DNA of 59,949 nucleotides, counting the filler, from Bipalium vagum (Eukaryota), in NCBI GenBank assembly GCA_037834085.1. It is 3 parts of 3 records of this genome, joined end to end, with 100 filler letters (N's around TTAATTAATTAA, not from the genome) between each part and the next. Parts side by side here need not be neighbours in the genome. Positions count along the whole stretch, not along the records: positions 1 to 17,459 come from JBBMKC010064684.1; 2 more parts are not named here. One strand, 5' to 3'. Positions within the stretch are counted from its first letter, which is position 1. Each line of letters begins with the position of its first letter. The notes beneath the pieces are model-generated. The model was not told where the DNA came from. It saw nothing but the letters and a program-made list of their open reading frames with translations, and ran no database searches. The position numbers were made by a program, and so were the translations under genes. Shown here piece after piece: positions 1 through 12,100 of this stretch.

Positions 1-245
1 TGCTGTATGGGATGTTGCAGAATTCTGAAATTTCTTTTACTGATCTTTCAGCACGAAGACAAACCAATATGGCCGCTGTTATCTCGAATTGTTTTGACAT
101 ATGTAAACAAATGTTTTATTTTGTAATGGATTTTTGTAATACTTACTTTTCTTTATATAAAACTGATTTAAATTTTTAATGACAAAATTAAAATAAAATT
201 TTATTTAACGTTCAAATTTATTCCGAAAATATCGCACGCACCATG
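1..245 (-). mobile_element. 5' end of a Tc1/mariner-superfamily (maT/DD37D-like) transposon, cut by the window edge
   Basis: Minus strand from ATG at 100 reads MSKQFEITAAILVCLRAERSVKEISEFCNIPYS, which resembles a transposase N-terminal HTH. The terminus reads TA|CATGGTGCGTGCG on the minus strand (compare CAGGGTG-type TIRs). Confidence 0.6.
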
Positions 246-743
246 TATATATATATATGATTCCTAAGACGTCCTGCATTAACACGATCTTAGTCTTCAG
301 TTTCCCCCAAATCGATTCAATTCTTTGGATCATCTTTAGATGTTTGAGAATCGGCTCTCCATTCCGTGTAGAAGCACAATTAAACACAATCAGTGTTTCT
401 TTTTGATGTACATTCTTTGAATATTTTGTATTTCTCTATAAAACTTAATAAGGTAACATAAGTATTATGAATCACCTGATAATAATAGCAGGCTATTTTC
501 TCTTAAAATCAGATGGAACATCCATTACTATGATATTTATTAATTTAATATCCATTTAAAAATATCCATATAAAATCGGTCAAAAAATACTTGTTAGTCA
601 TTTCGGGCAAAAAAATAATGCAAATGTTCTTTTATTTGTCAAAAATTTTTAAATTTATTAACATATATATATATATAATATATGCAAGTAATAAAATCTG
701 CATTAAATTTTTATTAGTAAAACTAGAGTTTATAAATTATAAA

Positions 744-2068
744 TAGGGGTCCGCAAAAAAACTTCGTTTTTTCTAAATTATTTATTATACTACAAAAACA
801 TAAAACATACAACTCAAAATTGGTAAATTAAATGTAATCACCATTGGCTTCAACAATATTTTCCAAATGTTTAATAAATACATCAAATTCTTTTGAAAGT
901 TTATGGAGATCAAGTGTATCCATAAATTTTTGTAAACTATCTGCGACTTCTTTTGAGTTTGTAAAAATTTGGCTTTTTTGGTATACCTCATAGTTTCTGA
1001 ATATAAATCTATCCAAAAGGTTAGTATCCGGAGAATATGCTGGCTGTTTCAGTAATGAAATGTGCTCTCCTTTAAACCATGCATTATCAATCCGGGCGAT
1101 ATGTGGTCTGGCGTTGTCGTGCTGCACAACTAATTCCCATCTAGGAACAGATGTCTCAAAAACTTTTATCATATTTCCTAAAAATGGGAGGTACCGATGA
1201 GCATTGACTGACCCTCCGTCATGCAACACTTCAATATGAACTAGAGATTTCGCATAATTTAACGCAACAATGGCAAGAACCTTAAGATCTGAAATAATTC
1301 TTCGAGGAAATTGTGGCCTGTCTACTGCGCTGTCAACCCATGCTCGCATGTTGTCTTTAGGTGGTACATGTTGGAGATAAACCCACTTTTCATCAATATT
1401 GATGATATTTTACTGACCTCTTCGCTTTGAATAGGTATTTAACATTTCTTTGCAGCATTCGACTCTATCAGCTTTATTACGTTGACTCAACTCATGCGGT
1501 ATCCATTTGCAGCACAAGGATCTCTTCTTTAAATCCTTAATCAATATCCTATTAACAGCATCTTCATCAAAATCTAGCTGCATTCCAATTTTTTTTATAG
1601 CTGAGACGATTATCCTGTTCTATCATTTCAAGAACTCTCTCTACACTTGCTTCACTGGTACATGTCCTTGGTTACCCGGAACCAATTTTTTTGTCATGGT
1701 TTTCACGAATACCATCTTCATATTCCTTAGCGATTTGCTGTATTCGTCGAAGACTTATAATTTTATCTTCTCCCCAACGTGTAACCAACAATCTGTGGAT
1801 GTCGGCGCATGAAAAATGATTGCCAACCAGTGTCAATAAAAAAATAAATATCACTTTGTGATGCCATCTATAATTGAAAAAAAATATAAATGCAATTTAA
1901 ATTGGTATACATAGATTATCAAATAAAATTTTCAATTGATTTATTCAAACAATAAATCTTGTAATCATAAATAACGAAATTTATTAAATCTAATAAACAT
2001 ATAATTATTTATTAATTTATAGTAAAAATATAATTTTGTACAAACGAAATTTTTTTTGCGGATCCTTA
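744..2068 (-). mobile_element. Full-length but defective mariner (DD34D) element with TIRs
   Basis: TIRs taggggtccgcaaaaaaacttcgttt (744) and the reverse complement of caaacgaaattttttttgcggatcctta (2041-2068). Minus-strand transposase has HTH (ADIHRLLVTRWGEDKIISLRRIQ), WIPHEL, IDEKW and HDNARPH...YSPDTNLLD, with 34 residues between the 2nd and 3rd Asp. Internal stops present. Confidence 0.93.
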
Positions 2069-2907
2069 TAGAAAATCACTATATGATCCAGTTTAAAATC
2101 ATTATTTTTCACCCAAAAACTACCGAAAACAGATGGTTATTTCTACTGGTAATTTTATTTTAGCTGACCAGGAGTATCCTAGCACACTTGTTGATTGTTA
2201 AATTTTGCTTGAGCTGTTATTAATAATAATAATTTATAATTAAGAGTTATACCTTCAATAATAATAAATAAAATTATTTTTAGATTTTGTTTTGCTTTAT
2301 GAGCTTAAGTTAAACTTATTCCACAGAAACCACTAGATTGGTTAGGTGAGCTGTTAGAGTTATGCCAGTATATTAAAAAGAAAACTTTTACACAAAACAT
2401 CTCTTGAGAAATCGCCTAAATTCATTCTAAATCTTGAAGGTATTTTTCCATAAATTATACATTTAGCTGGTTAAAGACATTTAATTACAGATCTGTATCA
2501 TTTATCGTTAACAATTTTTAGATTAACAATCAAGTAGATTATGAAACTAAAAGTATATTTATATACAGAAATTATAACCAAAATATTTTAATAAACTTTA
2601 TAAAATAAAGAGAAGTATAAAACAAGAAAAAAAGTCAATCCCAATAATATAATATTAATAATTAATATTAATAAAAGATTTTCAGACTTGATTAATTTTG
2701 AAAAATTTGGCAACATTAAAATTTGTCTTAGAGAATTCAAACAAAATAATATTCATAACAATACGGAAGAAAAGCTTTACTTGCACGAACAAAGACATAA
2801 TATTTATAACGAAAGACTTTGCAAGACAAAATGATCAAGACAATGAAACATTGCTAAATGATTTCACAAATTGAAGTTATTTGTAATCCACAAATCATAA
2901 TCTTTAA

Positions 2908-3010
2908 AATAATAATCATAATAATAATCATAATAATAATAATAATAATAATCATAATTATAATCATAATAATAATCATAATAATAAGGATAATAATATT
3001 AATAATAATA
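2908..3010. repeat. Imperfect (AAT/ATC)n microsatellite in the SNX14 3' region
   Basis: Direct reading of aat/atc triplet runs. Confidence 0.8.
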
Positions 3011-3133
3011 CGTTAATAATTATAAATCACTATAATTAGAAAAATAGAAATTACAAAAACATTGCATAAACGGTAACTATGTGATTTAATCAACAAGAAA
3101 TCAGAAAAAAGAACACTGAAGAAAACAATAGAA

Positions 3134-6100
3134 TCATTTGTTGGTTAATATTTCATCTTTGATATGAGCAAGGTCGTCAGTCAATTCTGGAAAAAGTTCA
3201 ACCAGAAGAATATCAAAGAGCACATAGGATAATTGCTTGTTGAACTTCGGCTGTTGAAGACAATCGAATATGCGTTCGTTATACAGAAACAGGTTTTCTT
3301 TAAGAATGTTCGGAAGAACTGTCATCAACCAATCTGGATATATAAATTATTAACAATAATAACAACGGGCTCGTAAAAAACCTGGCAAAATATGATGGAA
3401 ACATTTCAAAGCTTCGCTGCGACGCTCTAATTTTTCGTCATTTGTTCTACAGTAAAAGACCTTTTAGATATATCATTTAAAAATATTGTTGTGCCTAATT
3501 CACAGATAATATGAACAAAATATTAGAAATAATCCACAAAATAATATATTATATACAGGGTAGCCATAAGTGAGTTAACCTTTAAATCAATCATTTATTG
3601 AAGGCCATTTTAAATAATTTATGAGGAGGCTAATCAGACCTGGGGAATTTTTTAATTATTTTAATTATTTATTTTAAATATTTTATAAAGTATGAATGAA
3701 AAAGGAATTAAAAAAATAAAAAGGAATTTCAGGTCTGAGAAAATTTGTTTAAATATTTTTTATCACTTAAAAAAATCTATTCAAAAAATGTCTTCTAATT
3801 CCGATTACAAACCGATTGATATTCACATACATTTAATTGAATAAATATTTAATTTTTGTTTGAATATTTAATGGGAATTTATGATAATTATATTATTATT
3901 CAGTTTAGAAATTTCCAATTGAAAGTTTTAAAAGAAAAGCACCCAGATGTTTGAGTTCGTCAGAATAATGATCATTTTCGATCCTTATCCGAACACTTGG
4001 GGTGATATTAAAAACAGTTCCCCCGATATTATACATAGAAAACGTTAATTCGAAAATTAAAGTCTAACAATACCTGGTGATTCCTGACAATAAAGCCACA
4101 TCTAAAAATTACAAACAAGTCAACAACAAAAATCCTTGAAGCAGACGACAAACCTCTGAGGTTGTGAATAATTTCTATGGCCAATTTTTCTGAACACATT
4201 TTTTCAATTCCTTTATTTATGATATTTACAACGTATCTTTGCAAAAGATCGATCAAAACGGTCCGAAGACGATAAAAGAATGTTAGGAACAAGTCGGAGT
4301 ACCGGATCGTTTTGGTGACCATTTGACACAGGTAACATATTGCGTCATAGAAAGAGAATATATGACAAGTGGAAAATGAGCAAGCCTAAACCGTTGGTTT
4401 TATTTTCAGTGACATTAGCTGATACGTTACCTCATTCATAAAATTGTCCCAGTTGACGCTTATGAATTCTGCATTGTTCCAAAACATTTTTGAATGCATT
4501 CTTTTTTCAATGACCGAGCTGATCTGTGTTTCAGGAACTGTGCTCGTGGAAGAAGAATTCTGGTCACTAGACAAAGAACCGGACGACTTCGACGGTGCAA
4601 CTGATTCACAGGAAACATGGAAATTAAACAAGAAGTGTTCCAGAAACTGTCCCTTCTGGAAAAGAGAAAAATAAAGATTTTTATTCTTTCTTCTTCGTCT
4701 TGTTCACAGCGTACCTCCTTAGCCAACTTCATGGGCATGGCCTTGACAAATCTGCCAAGATTAATATCGATGAGAGTATTGTTATTAAATTCTGACGGAC
4801 TGGTTAAAAATGTGTACAAAAGTTGACTATTTTTGAGAAATGAGCGATTGAGTAAAAACTAAATATTTAATTATTATTAATTATAAAAAATAATACATGA
4901 AGAAATTATATATATATATATACTCTAGACGATAAAAAACCAAATTTATTTATTTTAGAAAATAATTTGAAAGTCTAGTTTGTTTAATTGATGTAATATT
5001 CATTATTATAGATTGCGCTATCTAATGAAATGAAAATATTAATCTTAATCCACTATGAGAGAATTCTCATAAAAATTGGCAAAGTACAGCCACAATACGA
5101 AACTTTTCTAATATTATTTATGAAGTATCTATATAAATGTATATATAATATTCAATAATAATTTTAATAATATATTTATTAAAAACAATTTTTACCAATA
5201 AATATGTTTCGAACTCATATTTGCAATTATCTAAAAAATCAAGCTTTTTATTATCCCAAGGTCGTTTCGAAGGCAAATTTCGGCCAATGTTTCCATGAAA
5301 TTCAATCAATTTTTGTTCCAGAATATAAAATTCAATATATTTTCTGTTGCAATGACAAAATAAATATCGAAAAAAATAAATAAAATATTTTCCAAACCTA
5401 TGAACTTTGAACAATAATTCATCTGAGTCGATTTTGTAGGTATGTACAGAAAAGCAGAAGTCAATCTTATTTTTACTGCTGGCATATGGCTGTGAGATCG
5501 AGGGGATCTTTACCCTCCAGTTTGACAAATTTGGCAAATCTGAAAAACTACCGACTTTATCCGTCCATAAATTTTCGGAGAAATATTCATTATTTCCATC
5601 ACTTTCACACGAAGGTTGATAAACAGAATCATCTAAAATTATTTTTTATTTTTATTATTATTATTATTATTATTATAATTATAAGATTGTTTCACAAACC
5701 TTACCATTATTAAAACTAAGGGCGTTTTTAATCGATGTTCCGATATTTAGCATGGAGAAATCTTTGGGTTTATCACTAAATTTCAATACATTAGAAAATT
5801 ATGAGATGAAATAAAAACATAATAATAATTTTAAGTCACGTAATTGACAAAAAGATATGCAATAATTTGTAATAAATAAAATTAAAACTTGCATATTAGA
5901 GAACTTTCTTTTTAATAAGGTGGGATTCCTATAAAAATAATCTAAAACATGAAAAAAATTACAAAAACATTATTATTTATTATTTGAATACTTTACTTCT
6001 GCAATATATTTTTGACACAACTATAAATAAATAAATTTAAGAAATGAGAAAAAATAATTAAATTATTAAATATAAATAATTTAGAAGTGAGGAATTATTT

Positions 6101-9100
6101 TTTTATTCCAAAGCCGATTTTGATATGAAAAATAAAATTAATGAAACAGTTCAACATTTAAAGAACATTTGCATGTATCCAGTTTATTTTATTTAATAAA
6201 ACAAAATATTGCCTGTCAGCATATATTTTTTTAATAATACAGTAATTTATTTCGTAAATATTTATATTAGTCCTTCATATTTTTATAAAACCTGTCATGG
6301 AAATCTCAATTTTTTATAATGGGAATTTTTTTCACTTCCTTCATTATTAAAATATTAATAATAAAAATTAATGAATGGAAATTAGGCCCTAATCGAAAAA
6401 TTGACAACAAAGTATTGAAAACCAGATCAATATTTCAAAAAAAAAATCAGATAATAAAACTTTGATAATAGATCAGTTTTATAAGAAACTTGCCAAAAAT
6501 CTGATAAAAAACTATCATTATTAAAACAAAATTAATATAAGCTTATTTTATTTGACTTCTATAAACTGAAATATTTATTATATTAATTTATATTAAATTA
6601 AAATATAATATTTTACATTATATAATATAATATTATATATTATGATTGTTACAAAAAAGTGGCGGTTTGATAAAAATAGTTTAATTATATTAAATTTTTT
6701 AAAATAATCAATTATTTTCAATACCAAGAGATTATCTTAAGCATAAGTTAAACATACACAATCATTTTAAATTTAACCTTATAATGACTTTCTTTTTCAT
6801 TATTTCCTTAGATTAATTGTCTAAAATGAAGATCACACATTTCCAAGTTCACACACCATTTTACAATTTGCTCCTAAGAGGATGTTAAATTTAAATGGTA
6901 TGAGGAAAACAGAACAACAAGATGACATAACTGGATTTTTAGCAATGAGATCAGATTTGAGCTGTGACATGAAAGAAAATGCTAGGCCAAAACTACACAT
7001 GAGGTATGTGCTCCGAAATTTGGACCGTCATTAATGAGATGGAGTGCCATTAGCTCTACAGGGATTTTTATCATAGGTGCAGTCAACAGTCAAGGTTGGC
7101 AGAGGCTAAAGACTCATTAAAAACTCTTCAACCAAAATCATTCGTCTTTCAAAAAGATAGTGCAACATGCCATACCTCAAAATTTAAATCAGAATGGTTG
7201 CTGGAATACAAATGGACGGTATCTTTATAGTCAACTAATTCCACTGACCTCAATCCCATTGAAAATCTTTGGGGACTAATGAAAAAAGAGGTTCGAAAAA
7301 GACATTTTGGATGAAATCTCTGTTGAAACTATCAAGTCATTAATTCGAAGCATGCCAACAAGAACTGAAAGCTGTGTTAAGAAAAATAGGGAACATATTA
7401 ATATTAATATTTATTGTTTTATTGAAATAAATGCCTGTGAAATATTTATCAATTTTTTTTAATTAAGGTCTATTTGCCTTGTAAATTGATAAAAGCTAAC
7501 CGCCACTTTTTATTGTGACAACTGTGTATATTATTTATTAAATGAAAAATTTATTTAATATAACATATTAAATATAATATTTTACAATATAATAATAACC
7601 ACAAATAATCCGTTATTGATTTTATGTTTATTTTTAATCAGCGTCAGTCATGACCAGCGTGACTTTGTATATAATGTACATGAGTACATTCGACTGTATT
7701 CGAGTACATTCACCAACATGTTTACCAATAATCGATCAGTGATAATAAATAATGTAATAATCATTTTAAATAAATATTCTAATTAAAAATTTGATCCAGA
7801 ACTTTAGCTGCCTTTTTTAAAAATAAATTACGTTAAAACAAATTTTTTAAAAATATCTGAATATTATTCACTTGTAATTTAATTTAATTTATTTTATTTT
7901 TCATCAATTATTTATCTTATTTTATAATATTATTTATTTTTTTTAATTACATCAAGTTGATTTGAGCTGTCATAATTACCTAAATTTTTTATTTCATTTT
8001 TCATTTGACATTTTTTATAGAAAAGTGTAAATATTTTTTTTTTAAAAAAATTAATGATTAATTTTTAAATGAAATAACAAATTTTTATCACATAAAATAA
8101 AATAATAAAAAACGTTGACAATTAAAGACCCAAACGCATGCAAAATTAAAAAAATAAACTAAAACTAAAATCCTGATTATGTTCATGGTCATAAAATCAA
8201 AGTCGAAAGATTCAAAGGAGTAAAAAAGACAACTTGAAAATGATTGACGATTAAGGTAAAAGAAAACATCATACATTACTAAGAATTCTTTTTCCTTTTG
8301 AAAGATGGACTGAAAAAACGGTAACGTTGGAGTGGTCAATTTATCATAGGTAGAGAAAGGTGATACTGGTTCTTCCATAACGGGAGATTTATGGTCGCTA
8401 TTAAAATCGAAACTGAACAGGTCTAAAGACATTCGTTTGAAAGAAGAATAATGGTTGGCAGGATGAGATTCCTGTTGAGTGATTTTAGTGTCATTCACAT
8501 CGTCAGGATTGGCAACATTGAAACAATCACCAATGACATTGATATTTTCCCATTCACATTCATAACTACTCACCATAATTGGCCATTGAGAGAAATCGAA
8601 TGAAAAATAAAAAACAACATTTAATTCGATAAATAAACATTGATTAAATTCAAAAACTGGTACATCAAGCCATTTTTATGCTTTATAATACCATTATTTA
8701 CCAAAAAGAAATCTGTATATTACGGTATCATTATCATTAAGACATGCCTGGAGTCAGTTAACTTTTTTACTGGGTGCATTTAGTGTGCTGATTACGAATA
8801 TGAAGTTACTTTTTTTCATAGGAGATCGATTTCATCAAAGAATCTCGATCATTGAAAAGAGATATTCCGGTCGTTACGATGAGAGAATGGCGGGAGAGGT
8901 CTTTCGGTTGTTTGAAGGTCAATAAATATTTCTATTTAAAAAGTTATTTTCGCTTTTACCATGTTTACTTTTAATTTATAATGATGTAATATGGAAATCA
9001 CTGGCGTAATTAACAGTTTCTATATCAAAATATAACAGGAAAAGTAGACGTAATACAAAAAGTTAAATATAGATTTAAAATCCGCACCATTTAATTACCC

Positions 9101-12100
9101 ATGAAAGATATTTAGTACCAGGAAAGAATTTTTTTCGTCGAGCAGCGTAATTTTACCCACATAGTAACTCGTCTTTTTCCAGTTTATGAAATGAGCCTCA
9201 CACAAAGGCCATAACAAAATTGCGATGGCTAAACTACCTTGATGAAATATTAGAAATGATCACAATATTATGGAATCTCCTGATAACCCGTTCTCATTTG
9301 AAGATATTATAATGTTTCCAGAAAGAAATCATTTTATTATTACATTTTTAAAATAAAACCCTATACATCTCTGAGGTGAGTTACACCTGACCTGTTAATA
9401 CAAGTTGACATCAACCAGATTCATATTGTGACCACCAAACTTTTAGATTATACAAAATATAGTCTAGACAAAAATCGAAAATTCTTTTAAGTGCGATTAA
9501 TAGTTTAAAGGTTTTTGGAATATCCAAAAAATGGATCACTTATGGATATAAGAGACGATTATTTTTTAATAAATATTTACAATATTAACTTTTCAGTCAT
9601 TCAAACCAATAACTGAACCATTTATTCCAATACAAAGGCATGCTCTTCATGATATGAAAACTGTTACCCATGCGGTTGATTTTTGAAGATAGAAAGTGTT
9701 GTCACATGGTATCATGTCAGAAATATGAGATGGATGTATTACTATTTAAATATGTTTACTCACCAGAGATTTTGTTGACTGTATGAGTTGTGGGTTTATC
9801 GTTTGAAGAATGATTGAGTTCCTTTAGTTAATTATTCACCATTCATTAAGGACTCTACGCAAACCAACTTTGATACACTAATCTGCACTAACTCTACGAC
9901 GATTTTTCTAGAGGAATGGTACGACCTTGTCAGATTTTACTACAAACTGTGTTTTAGAAATTCTGCAAGTTCGAAAAACTTTGACTGGAACATCGAAGAA
10001 ATATTTATTAAAACCTGATTTATAAGATATGCTGTTTGGCAGTCTCTTAACATAATTCTACAAACCAATTGTTTGAATGTTGTCATCAACAACAATTTTC
10101 GATGCATAACCAAGTATTGATTTATAAGACAAAGAAGCAATCGACATTTCAAATCCTTAAAACATCGATAAACTGAAATTTCAAATGATCCCCCTTCATC
10201 AAAGTTTTCAAATCACATACAAAAAATTGAAAAAGCAATTACTTTTACCTTTCCTTTTGTCAGATTTATTTTTTGAGACTTTAAGCCGATATCATTATTT
10301 CAACAAATGACCTTTTCAAACTAACAAGTTTTATTCAACAACTCTTTCTCTCATACACCATTTTTCCAAACAATTTTTAGAATGATCCTCATATCAATTT
10401 TTATTAGTTTCGACTAATCAAAAAATATTTATTTTCTCACTCATTTTCCACTTTTATACTTATCCTCATCCCATCCCATACCATTGTCCATATTTATGTA
10501 TAATAATCTCTGTGATATTCAGAAATGTCAGATACCTAAGCAAGACGAAATAGAAAAAATGGGATAAATCCTTATTAGAAGGCCGAATCTCAAAAAGTAA
10601 AATATAAAAAAATGTTTTAATATATTTTATAGTTCCTTGATTACAGCTGTTGTCTGCCAGCTGGAAGATCTTTACTCAAGTGATGCTGGTGATATAAAAC
10701 GCTAACATTATTATTATACCATGATAATATAATAGAGGCCAAATGTTAATTATTTATAAATAAATGTTATCTGACGTACCTTTGGTCGATGTCGGACTGC
10801 CTGTCTCCATAAATTGTGGCCAGATAGAATTCACTCTCGAAATACTGGGCCAAATACAGTGACTGCGTATGTTGGCAAATGGAGTTGTAGTTTCTGTTTT
10901 AAAAAAAATATTCAAAGATCCGACAGATCATTTCTTTTAAGTTTTGTTTAAAAATCATTAATGATAATTGAAAACTATCAATAAATAAATAAAATTATAT
11001 TATAAATATATTAGTAAATAATACATAACGTAAATTGAATTTTGAGGATATAATATATCAGTAGAGTGCCGATCATATGTTAGCAAGACCCCACTTTGTT
11101 CCTGAACCAGACCAGACAATATGTCACACATCAAACATTAGAAATGTTCAGTGTGTATTATTTTCTGGACCATTCCTCAATCTCGATTAAGGGTCACTCC
11201 TGATTAGGAAAATATTTACCCGTGTAAACCTCAGTACAAAATCTGCTTTCGAAAAAGTCACAAAATTTAGTGAAACTCGTTGGGATAAATATGAAATTAA
11301 AATTGAATGATTTTATTAAATCAATTTTCGAGTCGTAGAAAGTTTTCTTGAGTCGCATTTTTCAAGCTAGTCATCTTGTTCTTTTTACTTTTTTTTGCAA
11401 TATGTAACAGTGTATTAAAAATGAAATTAAAAGTGGGTCTCTAATATAGAACGAAAAAAGCATTGGAAAATCAATTATGGTAGTCTGGTAACCGGTCCAA
11501 AAGCAAAATTACAACAAAGAAGAATAATGTCGAGTCTTTGGTGGAATTGGTCGGAGAGAATCGATCGTAAATTTCTACCAAAAAACAAAACAATGAATTA
11601 GATATGCTACTGTGCACAATTGGACAATCTGAAAGAAACCCTTAAATTAAATTTCCATGTCTGACCAATATAAATATAGTGATGTCTCACAAGAACAATA
11701 CAAGACTACACAAATGTATGTTCGGACTCCTCATAAATTGAATGAATAAAGATGGAATCTTTTTATGCCCATCCATATTCTCTACGTACCATACCTTTTT
11801 AATATTATTTGTTTCGATAGATACAGACCTATTATATCAGTGACCCAGTTTTCTTATTTCTAACTTCTCTATAGTGCAAAAGAGACTTTCACCACTAAAA
11901 ATGATTATTCTTCTGTATTTCAATTGAAAGATTTTGTGGTAGAAATTCTTGTTGAAGATTTTAAAAAAAATTTTGGATTTTTTAAAAATTTAATATCAAT
12001 TTGGTTTGTTATGTATAATTTAATTGTATAATTTCATTTTTGACTGTAAATGATGGTATATCATAGAAAGCTTCATAGAACATTTGCAACAAACACTAGT

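Noticed and set aside
205-387. IQRIESIWGKLKTKI as a Merlin/Tc1 C-terminal fragment
   Set aside because: A single short motif without other support; too weak to call.
1507-1812. Plus-strand ORF (likewise 4444-4826, 18252-18494, 31910-32137, 43542-43760, 50833-51585)
   Set aside because: Antisense shadows of real exons or transposases.
9768-9825. Possible extra SNX14 exon ending in a GTGAGT donor
   Set aside because: It ends in phase 0, which is incompatible with the downstream phase-2 exon, and shows no similarity to SNX14.
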